Shown in pieces: positions 39,009 to 52,600 of a DNA stretch of 64,000 bases; the first letter of the stretch is position 1; each line of letters opens with the position of its first letter. The translations under genes and the position numbers were made by a program. Under the pieces are notes generated by a model. It was not told the origin of the DNA and made no database searches. It saw nothing but the letters and a program-made list of their open reading frames with translations. The DNA is taken from contig NW_026782116.1 of NCBI RefSeq assembly GCF_031769215.1, forward strand, positions 372,001 to 436,000. The letters are read 5' to 3'. The DNA is from Ylistrum balloti (Eukaryota).

Positions 39009-39140
39009 AGGTGGCTAGCCGATACAGTCGGTAGAGCACGACGACACGAGGTGTTTTGGTTCTCGAAATCATGGAATGTCTTGTCATGTTTTGCTTATGT
39101 CATTGGGGAAGACATTTATCTCCACTTGTTCTAAACAGAA
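39009..39140 (+). mobile_element. Degenerate tRNA-derived SINE (CORE-like)
   Basis: tagccgatacagtcggtagagcac (A-box-like), ggttctcgaaatc (B-box-like), tgtcattggggaagacatttatctccacttg (CORE-like). Confidence 0.45.
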
Positions 39141-39242
39141 TGCAGCAAAACTCGCATGTTGTTCAGTAGTAAAGCCGTCAGATATTACAAAGAGATCCTG
39201 TCTCAAAATGATACTGGATGTTCTATACACTCTGCAAAACCA

Positions 39243-41020
39243 TATTCTCATTAATGTGGCCATTCACTCTATTATAACTTTCAGGGTTGTCATTAATGTG
39301 GCCATTCACTCTATTACAACATTCCTGGTTCTCATTAATGTGGCCATTCACTCTATTATAACTTTCAGGGATGTCATTAATGTGGCCGTTCAGCCTATTA
39401 CAACATTCCTGGTTCTCATTAATGTGGCCATTCACTCTATTATAACTTTCAGGGTTGTCATTAATGTGGCCATTCACTCTATTACAACTTTCAGGGTTGT
39501 CATTAATGTGGCCATTCACTCTATTATAACTTTCAGGGTTGTCATTAATGTGGCCATTCACTCTATTACAACTTTCAGGGTTCTCATTAATGTGGCCATT
39601 CACTCTATTACAGTTTTCATGGTTGTAATGGATGTGGCCATTCACTCTATTACAGCTTTCAGGGTTCTCATTAATGTGGCCATTCAGCCTATTACAACAT
39701 TCCTGGTTCTCATTAATATGGCCATTCACTCTATTACAACATTCCTGGTTCTCATTAATGTGGCCATCCACTCTATTACAACATTCCTGGTTCTCATTAA
39801 TGTGGCCATTCACTCTATTACAACATTCCTGGTTCTCATTAATATGGCCATTCACTCTATTACAACATTCCTGGTTGTCATTAATGTGGCCATTCAGCCT
39901 ATTACAACATTCCTGGTTCTCATTAATATGGCCATTCACTCTATTACAACATTCCTGGTTCTCATTAATATGGCCATTCACTCTATTACAACATTCCTGG
40001 TTCTCATTAATGTGGAAATTCACTCTATTACAGTTTTTATGGTTGTCATGGATGTGGCCATTCACTCTATTACAGCTTTCATGGTTCTCATTAATGTGGC
40101 CGTTCAGCCTATTACAACATTCCTGGTTCTCATTAACTCGGGCAATCACTCTATTACAACATTCCTGGTTCTCATTAACTCGGCCATTCACTCTATTACA
40201 ACATTCCTGGTTCTCATTAATGTGGCCCTTCATTCTATTACAACTTTCAGGGTTGTCATTAATGTGGCCATTCACTCTATTACAACTTTCAGGGTTGTCA
40301 TTAATGTGGCCATTCACTCTATTACAACATTAAGGGTTCTCATTAATGTGTCAATTCACTCTATTACAACATTCCTGGTTCTCATTAATGTGGCCATTCA
40401 GCCTATTACAACATTCCTGGTTCTCATTAATGTGGCCCTTCACGCTATTACAACTTCCAGGGTTGTCATGGATGTGGCCATTCACTCTATTACAACATTC
40501 CTGGTTCTCATTAATGTGTCAATTCACTCTATTACAACTTTCAGGGATCTCATTAATGTGGAAATTCACTCTATTACAGTTTTTATGGTTGTCATGGATG
40601 TGGCCATTCACTCTATTACAGCTTTCATGGTTCTCATTAATGTGGCCGTTCAGCCTATTACAACATTCCTGGTTCTCATTAATGTGTCAATTCACTCTAT
40701 TATAACTTTCAGGGATCTCATTAATGTGGAAATTCACTCTATTACAGTTTTTATGGTTGTCATGGATGTGGCCATTCACTCTATTACAACATTCCTGGTT
40801 CTCATTAACTCGGCCATTCACTCTATTACAACATTCCTGGTTCTCATTAATGTGGTTCTCATTAATGTGGCCATTCACTCTATTACAACATTCCTGGTTC
40901 TCATTAACTCGGCCATTCACTCTATTACAACATTCCTGGTTCTCATTAATGTGGCCCTTCATTCTATTACAACTTTCAGGGTTGTCATTAATGTGGCCAT
41001 TCACTCTATTACAACATTCC
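39243..41020. repeat. Minisatellite, 42-bp unit, about 42 copies
   Basis: ctcattaatgtggccattcactctattacaacattcctggtt repeated. Confidence 0.95.
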
Positions 41021-41282
41021 TGTTTCTAATTTACTCGGCTGTTTTGCTGATAATTTGTCAGTGCGAACCCATTATCACTTACCTTTATAATACTATGGAT
41101 TTATGGGGAAAGGTTAAGTTGTAATGTTTCCTAATTACAAGCGAATGAACGATAAAATCAATTCGAACACCAGATCATTATTGCTGAATAACTTGACATT
41201 AATTATGTAAGTGATGCACGTGAAAGTCGTATACCTACATATATAAACTTTTCGAACTGCATCATGGGACACTCACAATGGC

Positions 41283-41830
41283 ATGTCAACTAAAGTAATC
41301 GGTATATCAACCCAGGGGGAATTAAACTTAATCAGCGCTTTGGATAATCATTCCCAACATCACTACCACGAACAGTGCAGTGTTTGAATAAGATTGGTTC
41401 CGAAACTTGAAAAGTTTAGCTCGTTCAAGAATCAAAACCAGGGCTCTTGTCTACTAACCAAAGAATAATTCTGAATGCTTCACTTTGGTTTAGAATATTC
41501 AATGTTTAGGCCATCACATGATACAAGGCTAGTTGATAAAAGATACTGGTATTGCTTCTTCAGCAATGGACAGCGCCATCCAACACAAAATCCTACTGGC
41601 ACAAGAACGAAACAAGAGACTACATCCACGCGGTCTACCAAACTCGTTCAGCTTTTGCGCGTGCACTAGGTCGACGATCGCTTTCGCGCCTCGGTCGGTT
41701 CGTACGGTAAAGTGAATCCCATGGTAAAATAGCGCGCGCTTCACTTCACCATTATGGTGTTTTGACTACGGTTTATTTCACCATGCTTTCACAATGCCAT
41801 GATACACCGGGAATATGGCGAATCATGTTT
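41283..41830 (+). pseudogene. Possible degenerate Mutator-like (MULE) transposase fragment
   Basis: Stop-interrupted frames give TQGELNLISAL…HEQC, then VYQTRSAFARA…SES and CHDTPGI, loosely following MULE motif order. Confidence 0.3.
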
Positions 41831-42299
41831 GAAAAAACCCACATTTTGCATCTGACAAACATAATACCGAGTTCCGTGATGCAGTCAGAAACCGTACAAA
41901 AATCCTTAAGGGAATACAGATCTGCAGAAAAACCCAAATACAAATTAAAAATCGATGAAATAAAGAAAAAAGTAAGCACAAGAAAGATTTACGCAGAAAC
42001 TCATGAAAAAGAACAAGAAAAATAAGCCCATAAGTTCCAGAAGGGCAAGTGTCATCTGCTTCATCGAGCATACCTGTCATATAAAATCTTGGTCGACAGT
42101 AGTAAGGAATGTCACGTTTCCAAATGAGAGTCAGGTTTATAACAACCAAACCAGACGACATACTCCAGAACATCAACAAAGCTAATGTCAATCCTAGCTC
42201 TGTCTTTAACTCTAAACTATAATTAATGAAAACGTTCAGATTTCATAGACATAAAATATTAAATGTAAGTTGAAAGTACAATACTGTTAATACCAAGAC

Positions 42300-43270
42300 C
42301 GTCCATTTCGAGTCAAATAAATATGAAATTATGCTTTGCTGACGTTTGTGGACAAGGACTTTGCCTTCCTTATTTTTGATATATTGACGATATCTTGACT
42401 TTAACTCACAAACTAATCCAGCATTTCCATCGAATATGCCCACAGAAATCTGAAATCAAGACACGAGATTCGTCTATGTTTCTTTGATCTCCACTTGATC
42501 AAAATGTCATCTCTCAGCTTAGCCCTAAAAATATTTTTCATTTTTTAAAACTATTTTGTTTTTTGCATTCCTAAATAATATCCATTCTTTAAAATTTGAA
42601 AAGCGCAAAGATGGATGCCGACATTTATTAAAATAGAAAGGGGGCGACAACATACCATCAGTCTACCTCGTTTTGAGCACATAAAACGTGGATTGACCTA
42701 GATATACATGGCGAGCGTCATCGATAAAGTAAAGACGCTTATCATTCTGGAACATCTGATTTTAATCTCTTTTTACTTTTTCACGGAATTAGTGTTAATC
42801 TTTTGTTCATATATTTCATCTTTCTTTTGATTCTGCGTTCGTATACATGTCGGTATCCCCGCGTATTCTTAGTCAAAATGCGGAGAATAATTCCTTTTCT
42901 TTGCAAAACTTGTCCAATTGCCACTTAAGGAGTCAGTGGTATTCATAGCCGACATAGTGATCTCGTTGAGAAATTTTCTTTTTCTTTATATGTTATGATG
43001 CTGGACGTGTTTGATGCTCGTTAGTTTGCCTGTTGGTTCTCATTTGAGAAGGCGTCATTACTTACTTGGATTGACCAAGGTTTACATGGCAGGTGTCGTC
43101 GATCAACCAGAATACGCTAAGTCTTTCGGAACTCCTGGTCTTATTCACTTTGTACCTTTTCAGGAGTCACCGTGTAGATCTTTCTTTTGTTCATGTTTCG
43201 CTCTAGTTTTATATGAGTATATATGGAATATGAGTTTGGATTATGATTATGTTGCAATGTGGGGATTTTC
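42300..43270 (+). mobile_element. 5'-truncated degenerate Penelope-like retroelement (RT YIDD region, RT C-terminus, partly duplicated 3' end)
   Basis: YIDDILTL…RICPQKSEIK at about 42380-42460; RHSDLVEKF…MMLDVF* at about 42950-43025; related 3' blocks at about 42690-42800 and 43030-43270. Confidence 0.7.
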
Positions 43271-43414
43271 AGATTTTTTTTTGATGTGGACCAAAGTCAT
43301 CAACCAGTTATAAACACAGCCCCTGTCAGTGATCAAAGACTTCAGTTGAAGGTCAGTGACACAAATAGATATTAGTCAAATATCATTGTCATTAACTATC
43401 CCCAGTCAAAGGAT

Positions 43415-44650
43415 AATATCACAAATAATACTCAGGCAGATGTCAATGTCACACATAACCTGGGCCATGGTTAATGTCACAAACAATACTCAGGCAGATG
43501 TCAATGTCACACATAACCTGGGCCATGGTTAATATCACAAATAATACTCAGGCAGATGTCAATGTCACACATAACCTGGGCCATGGTTAATGTCACAAAT
43601 AATACTCAGGCAGATGTCAATGTCACACATAACCTGGGCCATGGTTAATGTCACAAATAATACTCAGGCAGATGTCAATGTCACACATAACCTGGGCCAT
43701 GGTTAATGTCACAAACAATACTCAGGCAGATGTCAATGTCACACATAACCTGGGCCATGGTTAATGTCACAAATAATACTCAGGCAGATGTCAATGTCAC
43801 ACATAACCTGGGCCATGGTTAATGTCACAAACAATACTCAGGCAGATGTCAATGTCACACATAACCTGGGCCATGGTTAATGTCACAAATAATACTCAGG
43901 CAGATGTCAATGTCACACATAACCTGGGCCATGGTTAATGTCACAAATAATACTCAGGCAGATGTCAATGTCACACATAACCTGGGCCATGGTTAATGTC
44001 ACAAACAATACTCAGGCAGATGTCAATGTCACACATAACCTGGGCCATGGTTAATGTCACAAACAATACTCAGGCAGATGTCAATGTCACACATAACCTG
44101 GGCCATGGTTAATGTCACAAACAATACTCAGGCAGATGTCAATGTCACACATAACCTGGGCCATGGTTAATGTCACAAACAATACTCAGGCAAATGTCAA
44201 TGTCACACATAACCTGGGCCATGGTTAATGTCACAAACAATACTCAGGCAGATGTCAATGTCACACATAACCTGGACCATGGTTAATGTCACAAACAATA
44301 CTCAGGCAGATGTCAATGTCACACATAACCTGGACCATGGTTAATGTCACAAACAATACTCAGGCAGATGTCAATGTCACACATAACCTGGGCCATGGTT
44401 TATGTCACAAACAATTCTCAGGCAGATGTCAATGTCACACATAACCTGGGCCATGGTTAATGTCACAAACAATACTCAGGCAGATGTCAATGTCACACAT
44501 AACCTGGGCCATGGTTAATGTCACAAACAATACTCAGGCAGATGTCAATGTCACACATAACCTGGGCCATGGTTAATGTCACAAACAATACTCAGGCAGA
44601 TGTCAATGTCACACATAACCTGGGCCATGTCACAAACAATACTCATGCAA
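43415..44650. repeat. Minisatellite, 58-bp unit (two aatgtcaca-initiated subunits), about 21 copies
   Basis: aatgtcacaaacaatactcaggcagatgtc plus aatgtcacacataacctgggccatggtt; highly homogeneous. Confidence 0.95.
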
Positions 44651-44773
44651 TCTCAATGTCACAAATGGCCGTATGGTTAATGTTACAGAAAGCTCTTGAC
44701 CAAAGTTAATGTCACAAACTGCTTTGACCAAGGTAAATATCATCAATAAGATTAGCCAAGATAAAGGTCACAA

Positions 44774-45270
44774 AAACAAGAGGCTCCGGGGGCCTGCATC
44801 ACTCACCTGGCTAAGTTAACTATTCATTTCAAAAAGAATTTAAAAATGACTAATTTTTGTAATAATGTTGTTACTGGGTCAAAACCAGATTCACTGTTCA
44901 TAAAAATTGCATCCGACAAAACTTGAACAATATTCTTCTATGGAAAGGATTTTTAACAACTTACATTTCTGGTGTTAGGCTCTACCTCTCTAATCCTCAG
45001 GAGGTTAAGTTGTACTGTTCATACAGAACTGATCTGCCTCCACCCTAAAATACTTCTGACCCAATTTGGACCAATCATTCTTACAGGAGAAGTAGAATTC
45101 TAAAGAATTTCCTTTATTTCCCCTTTTGGGCCCCATCCCAGAGGAGACCAAGATTTAACCTCTGTACAGGATTGATTTCCATTCACCCAAGAATACTTCA
45201 GATCAACTTTGAGCAATAAACATTCATTCCTACTGGAGGGGTAGGATTTAAAAGAATAAGTGCTAATGGT
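44774..45270 (+). mobile_element. HINE-like element, 3' truncated
   Basis: 5' end aaacaagaggctccgggggcctgcatcactcacctgg; internal ccccttttgggccccatccc block. Confidence 0.6.
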
Positions 45271-46932
45271 CATATATATGTATATTTGTAAACCATATAT
45301 AAAGAAAAAGAAAGAAAATGTACATGTTTCATTAAGTTTATTTGAGGGTTGGCTATACTTTAACCCTATATACAGAGAATTTCAAGGTACAGCCCCAGGC
45401 TGACTTGCTGGCCAGGGTAATGTACAAGGGAGTGGGTACAAATCTCATCACTATTGCATCGTGTAACCTAGATTCCTACAGTCAGTAAACAACCTTACTG
45501 GGCCAACACTGTGTGACAGGCCAGCACCAATATTATACACTGTGTGACTAATTGCAATATACATGAAGTATCTATATAAGATTTTTGCCTTTGACATTAA
45601 AACTTGTACAATGTATGCTAAGTTTGACATAAGTTATAACTTGTATGCTACATAATACTGTTTTGTTTACTAGATATGACATTACTTGTATGCTAGCACA
45701 GTCCTGTGATGACATTGCTATACATTATGTTTATCAACGTCATAACTAATGTATATGGATGTTTGTCTTAACAGCACTGACATTATGTATGTCTAGCATA
45801 ATGTAGTCTTTATAGCATATGTCAATAGTTAGCATAAGCTTAATAGACTTACATCAAAACCTACAGCTAGAACGAAGACTAGAATTTGTATGAATTTGAA
45901 AAAGTCAATTTTAGCTACTGCAAACACTATACATTTGGGTTGAATTGTGAACATTTCTTCTTAGTGTTAAAGCAGGATTTATGACAATACAAGACACTTT
46001 ATTGTCTCCTGTGACCTAAGCAATAACAGGAAGGATGTGATAACTTTTAGACTATCATTCAAATTCTGTGTGCTATCATATCATCAAAGTGACGGTTATT
46101 AAGCCCATTTTTTCTAAATTACAGATTACAATATGAAAATCAAAAGCAAAATTTGGTAATTGTTGACAGCATACATATAGAGGGTAGCATTCCAGGAAAC
46201 TAGTGAGAACTCTGAGAGTGACATGTCTACTTGGCTTTTTATATAAAACAATCTCTAAATTGTAATTACAATGTCAGTGCTTCACAAACACATAAATACA
46301 CTGTATGTACAAGCAATACTTTAGATTTCATTGCAATTAAATATTCGTCAGTAATTCACTGTACAACATGTGTTCGTGGGAGGAAATGGAACAGTACATG
46401 GGATGACAATGGGGATACTAAAATGAAACTGAAAAAAATTTGAAAACAAGTAAAAATAGAGATTTATTGAGAGTACCTAGTGACATACTTAAATAACCAC
46501 AATGTCATCGCATAGTCATTCTCTCTTTATTCACAGAGTACTGTGCATTAGTCAACATTCTCAGTATTTCAACTTCTGTAGCAAACTATTGCACAGACTA
46601 TGCATTCAAGTGATAAAATTGACATCAATTAATGCAAATAAATCAAAGTTAAAATCTTATGTACAATTATTAATTCACTCATTCATTCAACATTTGATAT
46701 TTTCATAATTCTCACTTGACAAGAATCAGTTGTACAGTTGTTTAAATTACAGTAAAAACTTTAATTGTCTTAAGCACAGGGACCTGTAACCTATAAAGAG
46801 ATTTGTTGAAAAAAACCACAGGGACCTGTTACTTACCTGATTGGTATGTACATAAATTGAATCAAGTAAAACACAGGGTCCATAAATCCCTTTGTAGGGA
46901 ACTTAGGGGCCTGTTGCATCTTATGTAAGTAT

Positions 46933-47287
46933 CACAGGGACCTGTGATTTACTACACAGAATATATCCAGTAAAACACAGGGACCTGTGATTTACTACAC
47001 AGAATATATCCAGTAAAACACAGGGACCTGTGATTTACTACACAGAATATATCCAGTAAAACACAGGGACCTGTGATTTACTACACAGAATATATCCAGT
47101 AAAACACAGGGACCTGTGATTTACTACACAGAATATATCCAGTAAAACACAGGAACCTGTGATTTACTACACAGAATATATCCAGTAAAACACAGGAACC
47201 TGTGATTTACTACACAGAATATATCCAGTAAAACACAGGGACCTGTGATTTACTACACAGAATATATCCAGTAAAACACAGGGACCT
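46933..47287. repeat. Minisatellite, 43-bp unit, about 8 copies
   Basis: cacagggacctgtgatttactacacagaatatatccagtaaaa repeated. Confidence 0.95.
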
Positions 47288-49544
47288 GAACTGTATATGC
47301 ACAGGTGCTTGTTGCATTCTACACTCAGAAAGGACAAGTACCCGTGATTTACCATACAGTATGTAAATATCAAATGCTCTGCTATCAATAGGGTATGAGT
47401 AGGGAACATGGAGACCTCTGAAGTTCTATAAATAGTAAAAGTACAGATATGCAAGCTATATACAGTAAAACACAGGGGCCTGTGAGTTATCCACACAATA
47501 ATGTGATATTTTATACAGTAAGATGACAATGTTAGGTTTTAGTCAAACTAATCAAGTTCCCAGTTTTCCCATTGTTAGTTAATATTGATGTATGCATGCA
47601 TCCTCCAGGTTTTTTAAAAAAAATTCTTTATTAGTAATCACTAAAATATATATCATGTTTTGACAACAGAGAAAACTGTAATGAAGTACAGTGGAGCTTG
47701 CTAATTATCTGTACACGATAAATTATTTATAATGATACATAACTACTTTGACTTCTGGTCCAGTAGATTTCAATGACTTTTGGGACTCAGATATTTGAGT
47801 CCTGAACTCAAGCTTTTCCTGTGGGACTCATTCAAATTTTGGGACCCTGCTATATCTCTCGAGTATTGGGTTTTATCAAAATTTTGCAATTGGTGTTCTG
47901 AACTTGCCTTAAAAAATCCAACCCAAATTACTGGATTTAATTCTACTCTAGTTCTTACAGGTCTCAACGCTTTTATAGTTTAATTTTATCTATGATCTAC
48001 AGTTTACCTATGTACTAAAACATTGCCAGTGTCTTCAACAAATTAAGTGTTACGCTGTTACATCTTGTTATTTTGTTTTTTTTGTGTTGTTTTTGATTAG
48101 TTTTTGTTTTTCTTTAAGGAATAATTATGTGTGTTAAGAATAAAGGGATTTCCTAAAAAAATCTGAATTACAAAATGTACAACATTTACGTGTACATGAT
48201 TCACACATGTATCAGTTTCAACACAAAATTATGTTCAATTTTGTTTTTGTTACACTATTCTGATTTCATTCCAATCCAAAATAGATTAAAGAAAATAAAT
48301 CATTTTGGATATCAAGGAGAGCACAACCCTGTATAGCTTTAAAAAGTATGAATATGTGTAACAGTAGAGCCCGTTTCAGCTGATTAAAATATTGATAAGA
48401 TACACTGGAGGCCCTAACATGGAATGCACTGCTGATCAAAACATCAGCACTGTCACACACTTTTAATATTCAATCAATAATTGTTTAAAATAACAATCTA
48501 AAAACCACATCAGTAGGACCAATAACACTACAGGGACACCATATTTTTGCTTTACTGCGAAATAATAGTTATGATAATAAAAACAACAGATCCTTATAAA
48601 TGTAAAATGATTGAATTTTTAAATAAGTTTCATTTTGGTAAAATACAAGTAAGTTTCTCACATTTCAATCACAGTAAGCAATGATTCAGGAGATTAAACT
48701 ACCTTAGCAATGTGTTAAAAATGGTAATCATACATTCAAGACTGTGTATATTCTAAGTGGTACCCGACTTTCTTAAACCAGGTGCCTTTTGAATCATCAA
48801 TATTTTACTTGATAAATTTAAACATGCACTTGATGTCTGTTTTCAACAGATTAACGAAATTAAAAACCAACAATTTTAAAGAATTAAGCTTAAAGCATAA
48901 AACTACAATAAAACCATAACAGACAATAAAAATATAAGCCTTCACCATAACTAAAACCAATAATCTTGATCTTCCAGAAGTTTGCTTCCACATCTTGGCC
49001 ATACCTTCATTAGAAAGCTTGTAAGCTATGATACCCTTGTACATTAAGTAAACTTTGATGCTATAGTTTCCAATTGTAAGCAAAAACTATCTGATGTGAC
49101 CTTAATTTTGGTCTGCTGAAGGTCATGAAAATTACAATTTAATGAATTCCTATCTCATACCTCTGTATATCACAGTGCTGATATTGCGCATCAATATGTG
49201 TTATGAGAAAATCTGGGTCATAAAAAAATTGATGTGTGACATCTTTGTTCAAATATGTCAAATGTACATTTTTAATGATTATAATTTAAAAAAATTATCA
49301 ATGTTTTATCATAAATCTAACACATGATTTTCCAACCATGCATGAACACAAATCACCAACATCCTCAACAACAAAAACTTAGACATATCAGTCACATCAT
49401 AATTATAAAATAGTGAAGATGGCAACAAAATTCTGAGAGCATGTGTGTGGAGAATTTGATTACAATGGTAAACCCATTCTATATAAATCGATAGTGAAAA
49501 CAGAGTTGTTAATTACTGATGTCCAACTATACAGTGACCTAGCA

Positions 49545-49652
49545 TCATTCTAATACTTCCAAATATGTACTTGGTACTTTCCCCTTCTGAGGGCCTCTTT
49601 CTGCCATTAGCCAATCAGGATCCAAACCCGGAAGTCGATGCACTGTTATTAA
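49545..49652 (-). CDS. SH3GLB1: Endophilin-B last coding exon, SH3 C-terminal half
   Basis: ttcacag| phase 0; LITVHRLPGLDPDWLMAERGPQKGKVPSTYLEVLE* (SH3 W and GxVPxTY). Confidence 0.96.
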   Translation of the reverse strand, partial: LITVHRLPGLDPDWLMAERGPQKGKVPSTYLEVLE

Positions 49653-52600
49653 CTGTGAACAGTTTGAAAAAAAAAAAAAAAGTAAACAAAAAAATTAAAA
49701 CGTAATTCTTAAACTGTACTAAATAGAACAGATGATTTCATTTTTTTTCCTTCTGAAACTTGTCAGTGTACTACTGTTAATAAACACCCTAAAACAATAA
49801 ACTTCATCAATCAATCATCAAATGTTCATGATTCTGGATTTATAATGTAAATGTTTTAGTTTAAATTACTTCAGTGTAATAGATTATTTTTCTTTCACAT
49901 CACCTTCTACTAAATACTATCACCGTTTAGTTATTGAAAGGAAGAATTCCCAACAATAGCAGTATCTATTTCTTAAATGAATATTGACAAGAAAAAAAAA
50001 AAAGAAAAGAAAAAAACAAAACCTGCAGTAGTCAAGCTATACATAAACATATATATACTATATAAGTATAATACCTACCAACTGTTAGACAATATCAACA
50101 AGGCATTAATCAGTTATTTAGCTGACAATGACAGCGGAACTGCAGCACAAGTTTTAAATGTCTCTCAATGACCAAACATAAGCATGCTGAACCACATAGT
50201 AATGACTTCCTGAGTTGCCCACTGTAACTACATTTAACAACAACAAGCATTCATTCCCAATGACAGCAAGTTGCAAGTTGTTTATAATTTGCAAAGCAGC
50301 ATTTAATATCAAGAAGTAACAACATTACTGGTAATCTTAAACACCAACAAGTTCAATTGACAACAATAAAATTTAAGAAATAAAATGTATACTGTTTAAC
50401 CAGAATCTGATTATCATTGATATAATGTATTAACTTTCTGTTCTCTAAGCAGGCATTCCATGGAGTTATATTCAACAAGGGAGATAAATCTTGCATTATT
50501 AGAAGGATCAGGATGGGGTTGTCATTAGCAGGCTACGGCAAGGCAGATTTCTGGATATGTATAAATGTTAGGGATAGACCATAACTTTATGAATGAAATT
50601 ATGTTAAATACATTATGACTTTGAGAACAATAACTAGGACATACATTCAAGACCTATCTTTTGGGACGAATAATCTACAATAAGGACATCATTCCACCCA
50701 ATGGAAACACAAGGTTAATTGTTATCAGATTGGTTCAAATCATAATCCTCCATTACAGATCAATATTTATCTGAAACAGAAAGTTTAGACTGTCATGAAC
50801 TCAACAACCCCAGTGCCCCTGACCTGATTATTAGCACTGCATGACCTTTACCCTCATTTTCCAGCTTTCTGAATCCTTCAAATGGAATCTGTTCTTAAAT
50901 AGTGTTTAATTTGGGAATTAGACATGTAAATATCTAAAAACCTATGGCTGAATGTAAGGTTTTATTTTTCTTCTGCATTGGAAGTTTTCTCTGTCAATAG
51001 ATCTGCAGGTGTTAAATTCAACCTCAGAAAGGAAAATGTGTGAGAGCTTACCACAACTCATTTCATTTGCTTCAATGTAACAGGAAAAAAGATTTATTAA
51101 GCCTAACAGGAAAAGAGGTATATACATTTAACCAACCATTTATGGCTTTGTTTACTTCAAACCCATCAATTATTTCTTATCACTTATTCAACTTAATTTT
51201 TTTTTATCAAATCCATGACAGATTTGGTCAAAATCAATGTACAGTTTTATATCAAGCCAAATATATTTTACATAACACAAGCCAATGGAGTTAACTGCTT
51301 TCTTAAAAACAATCAAATATTTTGTTGGAAAACATGGCAGTCATACATATTGACATTAGTTGGCATATGAATTTGGTATGAAGTTAGCCTGAAGCAGTTA
51401 ACCCAGGTGTGTGCTGCCAGTATAAGCTTTGTGAGAGGTGTACAAAGCACTCACATGATACAACACTCCAACCAATAGCAAAAAATAAAAATGCGGAGCA
51501 TGTTCTGAGAAATAATCATCTATTATAACAGAATTAAAGAGACCATTAATGAAGTCCTGTAATGTTTCTAACTCATTGTTGACTGAATAGACACAACTAA
51601 AGGGAGATAACTACATGGTCAAGGAAAACCACTCAGCTTTCCTTTTTAGATATCTATAATTGGAAGTAAGACCTATCAGTTTTCCCTCCCTTCCCTTGAT
51701 AAAATTTGGAGCAGTCCTGATGAGGTCAATTCGAAAATGACTAAATGGAAAATGAGGGCAAAGGTCAGGTATAACTGATTCTCAAACTTTGACTTGCGTT
51801 CCCTTTTGGTATTAAATCAGAAACAAACCTTCCTTTTTAAATTCAAAATTGTATTCTATTTAGCCTGTCAATTTAAAGTGACACTGCCATGGTAACTGAA
51901 ACAAAAACCTTGGAAGATCTAAGGACATGTAGGGGGTTAAAGGTCATGACAGGGACTGCTACGGAAGCATGAGTGCTGCTAACCTCATCAGCCAACAAGG
52001 AGAGCTCTGAGCTATCAGCCGAGTCGTAGTCATAAAGAACACGGGCTTGTTTTTTCTCTGTGTTTGGAGTAGCAGCTATGACTTGTATCATGGGAGGTGC
52101 ACTAGGTATCATGGGATCGGTGGAAAAGTTATTTGAAATACCTGGACCCAAGGTATTTGGCGCAGTGTTTCCGCCACCGACATTGTAACTGAAACGACAG
52201 CAAAAACATTCAACCAACCAAGGAAACAAACTAAGTATAGAAAAATCAAACTGATGGACAGGAGAGTATTGGAAACATAACACTTGTAGCACTGAAAGAA
52301 AACCATTAGAGTAGATCTAGGAATGGCAGTAGAGTCCTCACATATTCTTATTCTAATCAAAAGTTTCATTTTTATTGGCATTTTGAGACTTTCACACAAT
52401 GTAAGGAAGATTTTTGATGAATTGAAGCATATCCAAACTACTCCACAATCTCTTTTCAAATATGAAAAAGAGAACATTTGTGGTTTCTTTATTAAAGACT
52501 GGAAATTGTGTGAGAAAATTCCAGATAATTTTAAAAACTGTCCATTTTAACCAATAAGACACATCTGTGAAAGCTATTCAGGGTAAGATGGTAAACATGA

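Noticed and set aside
39009-39075. Possible tRNA gene (also at 33882-33960)
   Set aside because: Only A/B-box-like remnants with no cloverleaf, followed by SINE body sequence.
39076-41124. 682-aa plus-strand ORF and 364/105-aa Asn-Cys-His-rich minus-strand ORFs
   Set aside because: They arise from a stop-free 42-bp tandem unit open in several frames on both strands. There is no unique domain and no splice context.
43415-44650. Regular array considered as CRISPR-like
   Set aside because: The units are contiguous and near-identical with no unique spacers; no cas genes; eukaryotic context. The same holds for all other arrays.
51714-51745. CTGATGAG…GAAA hammerhead-like core (and ctgatatttaaggacgaaac on the minus strand at about 16495-16515)
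   Set aside because: Stems I-III cannot be formed.
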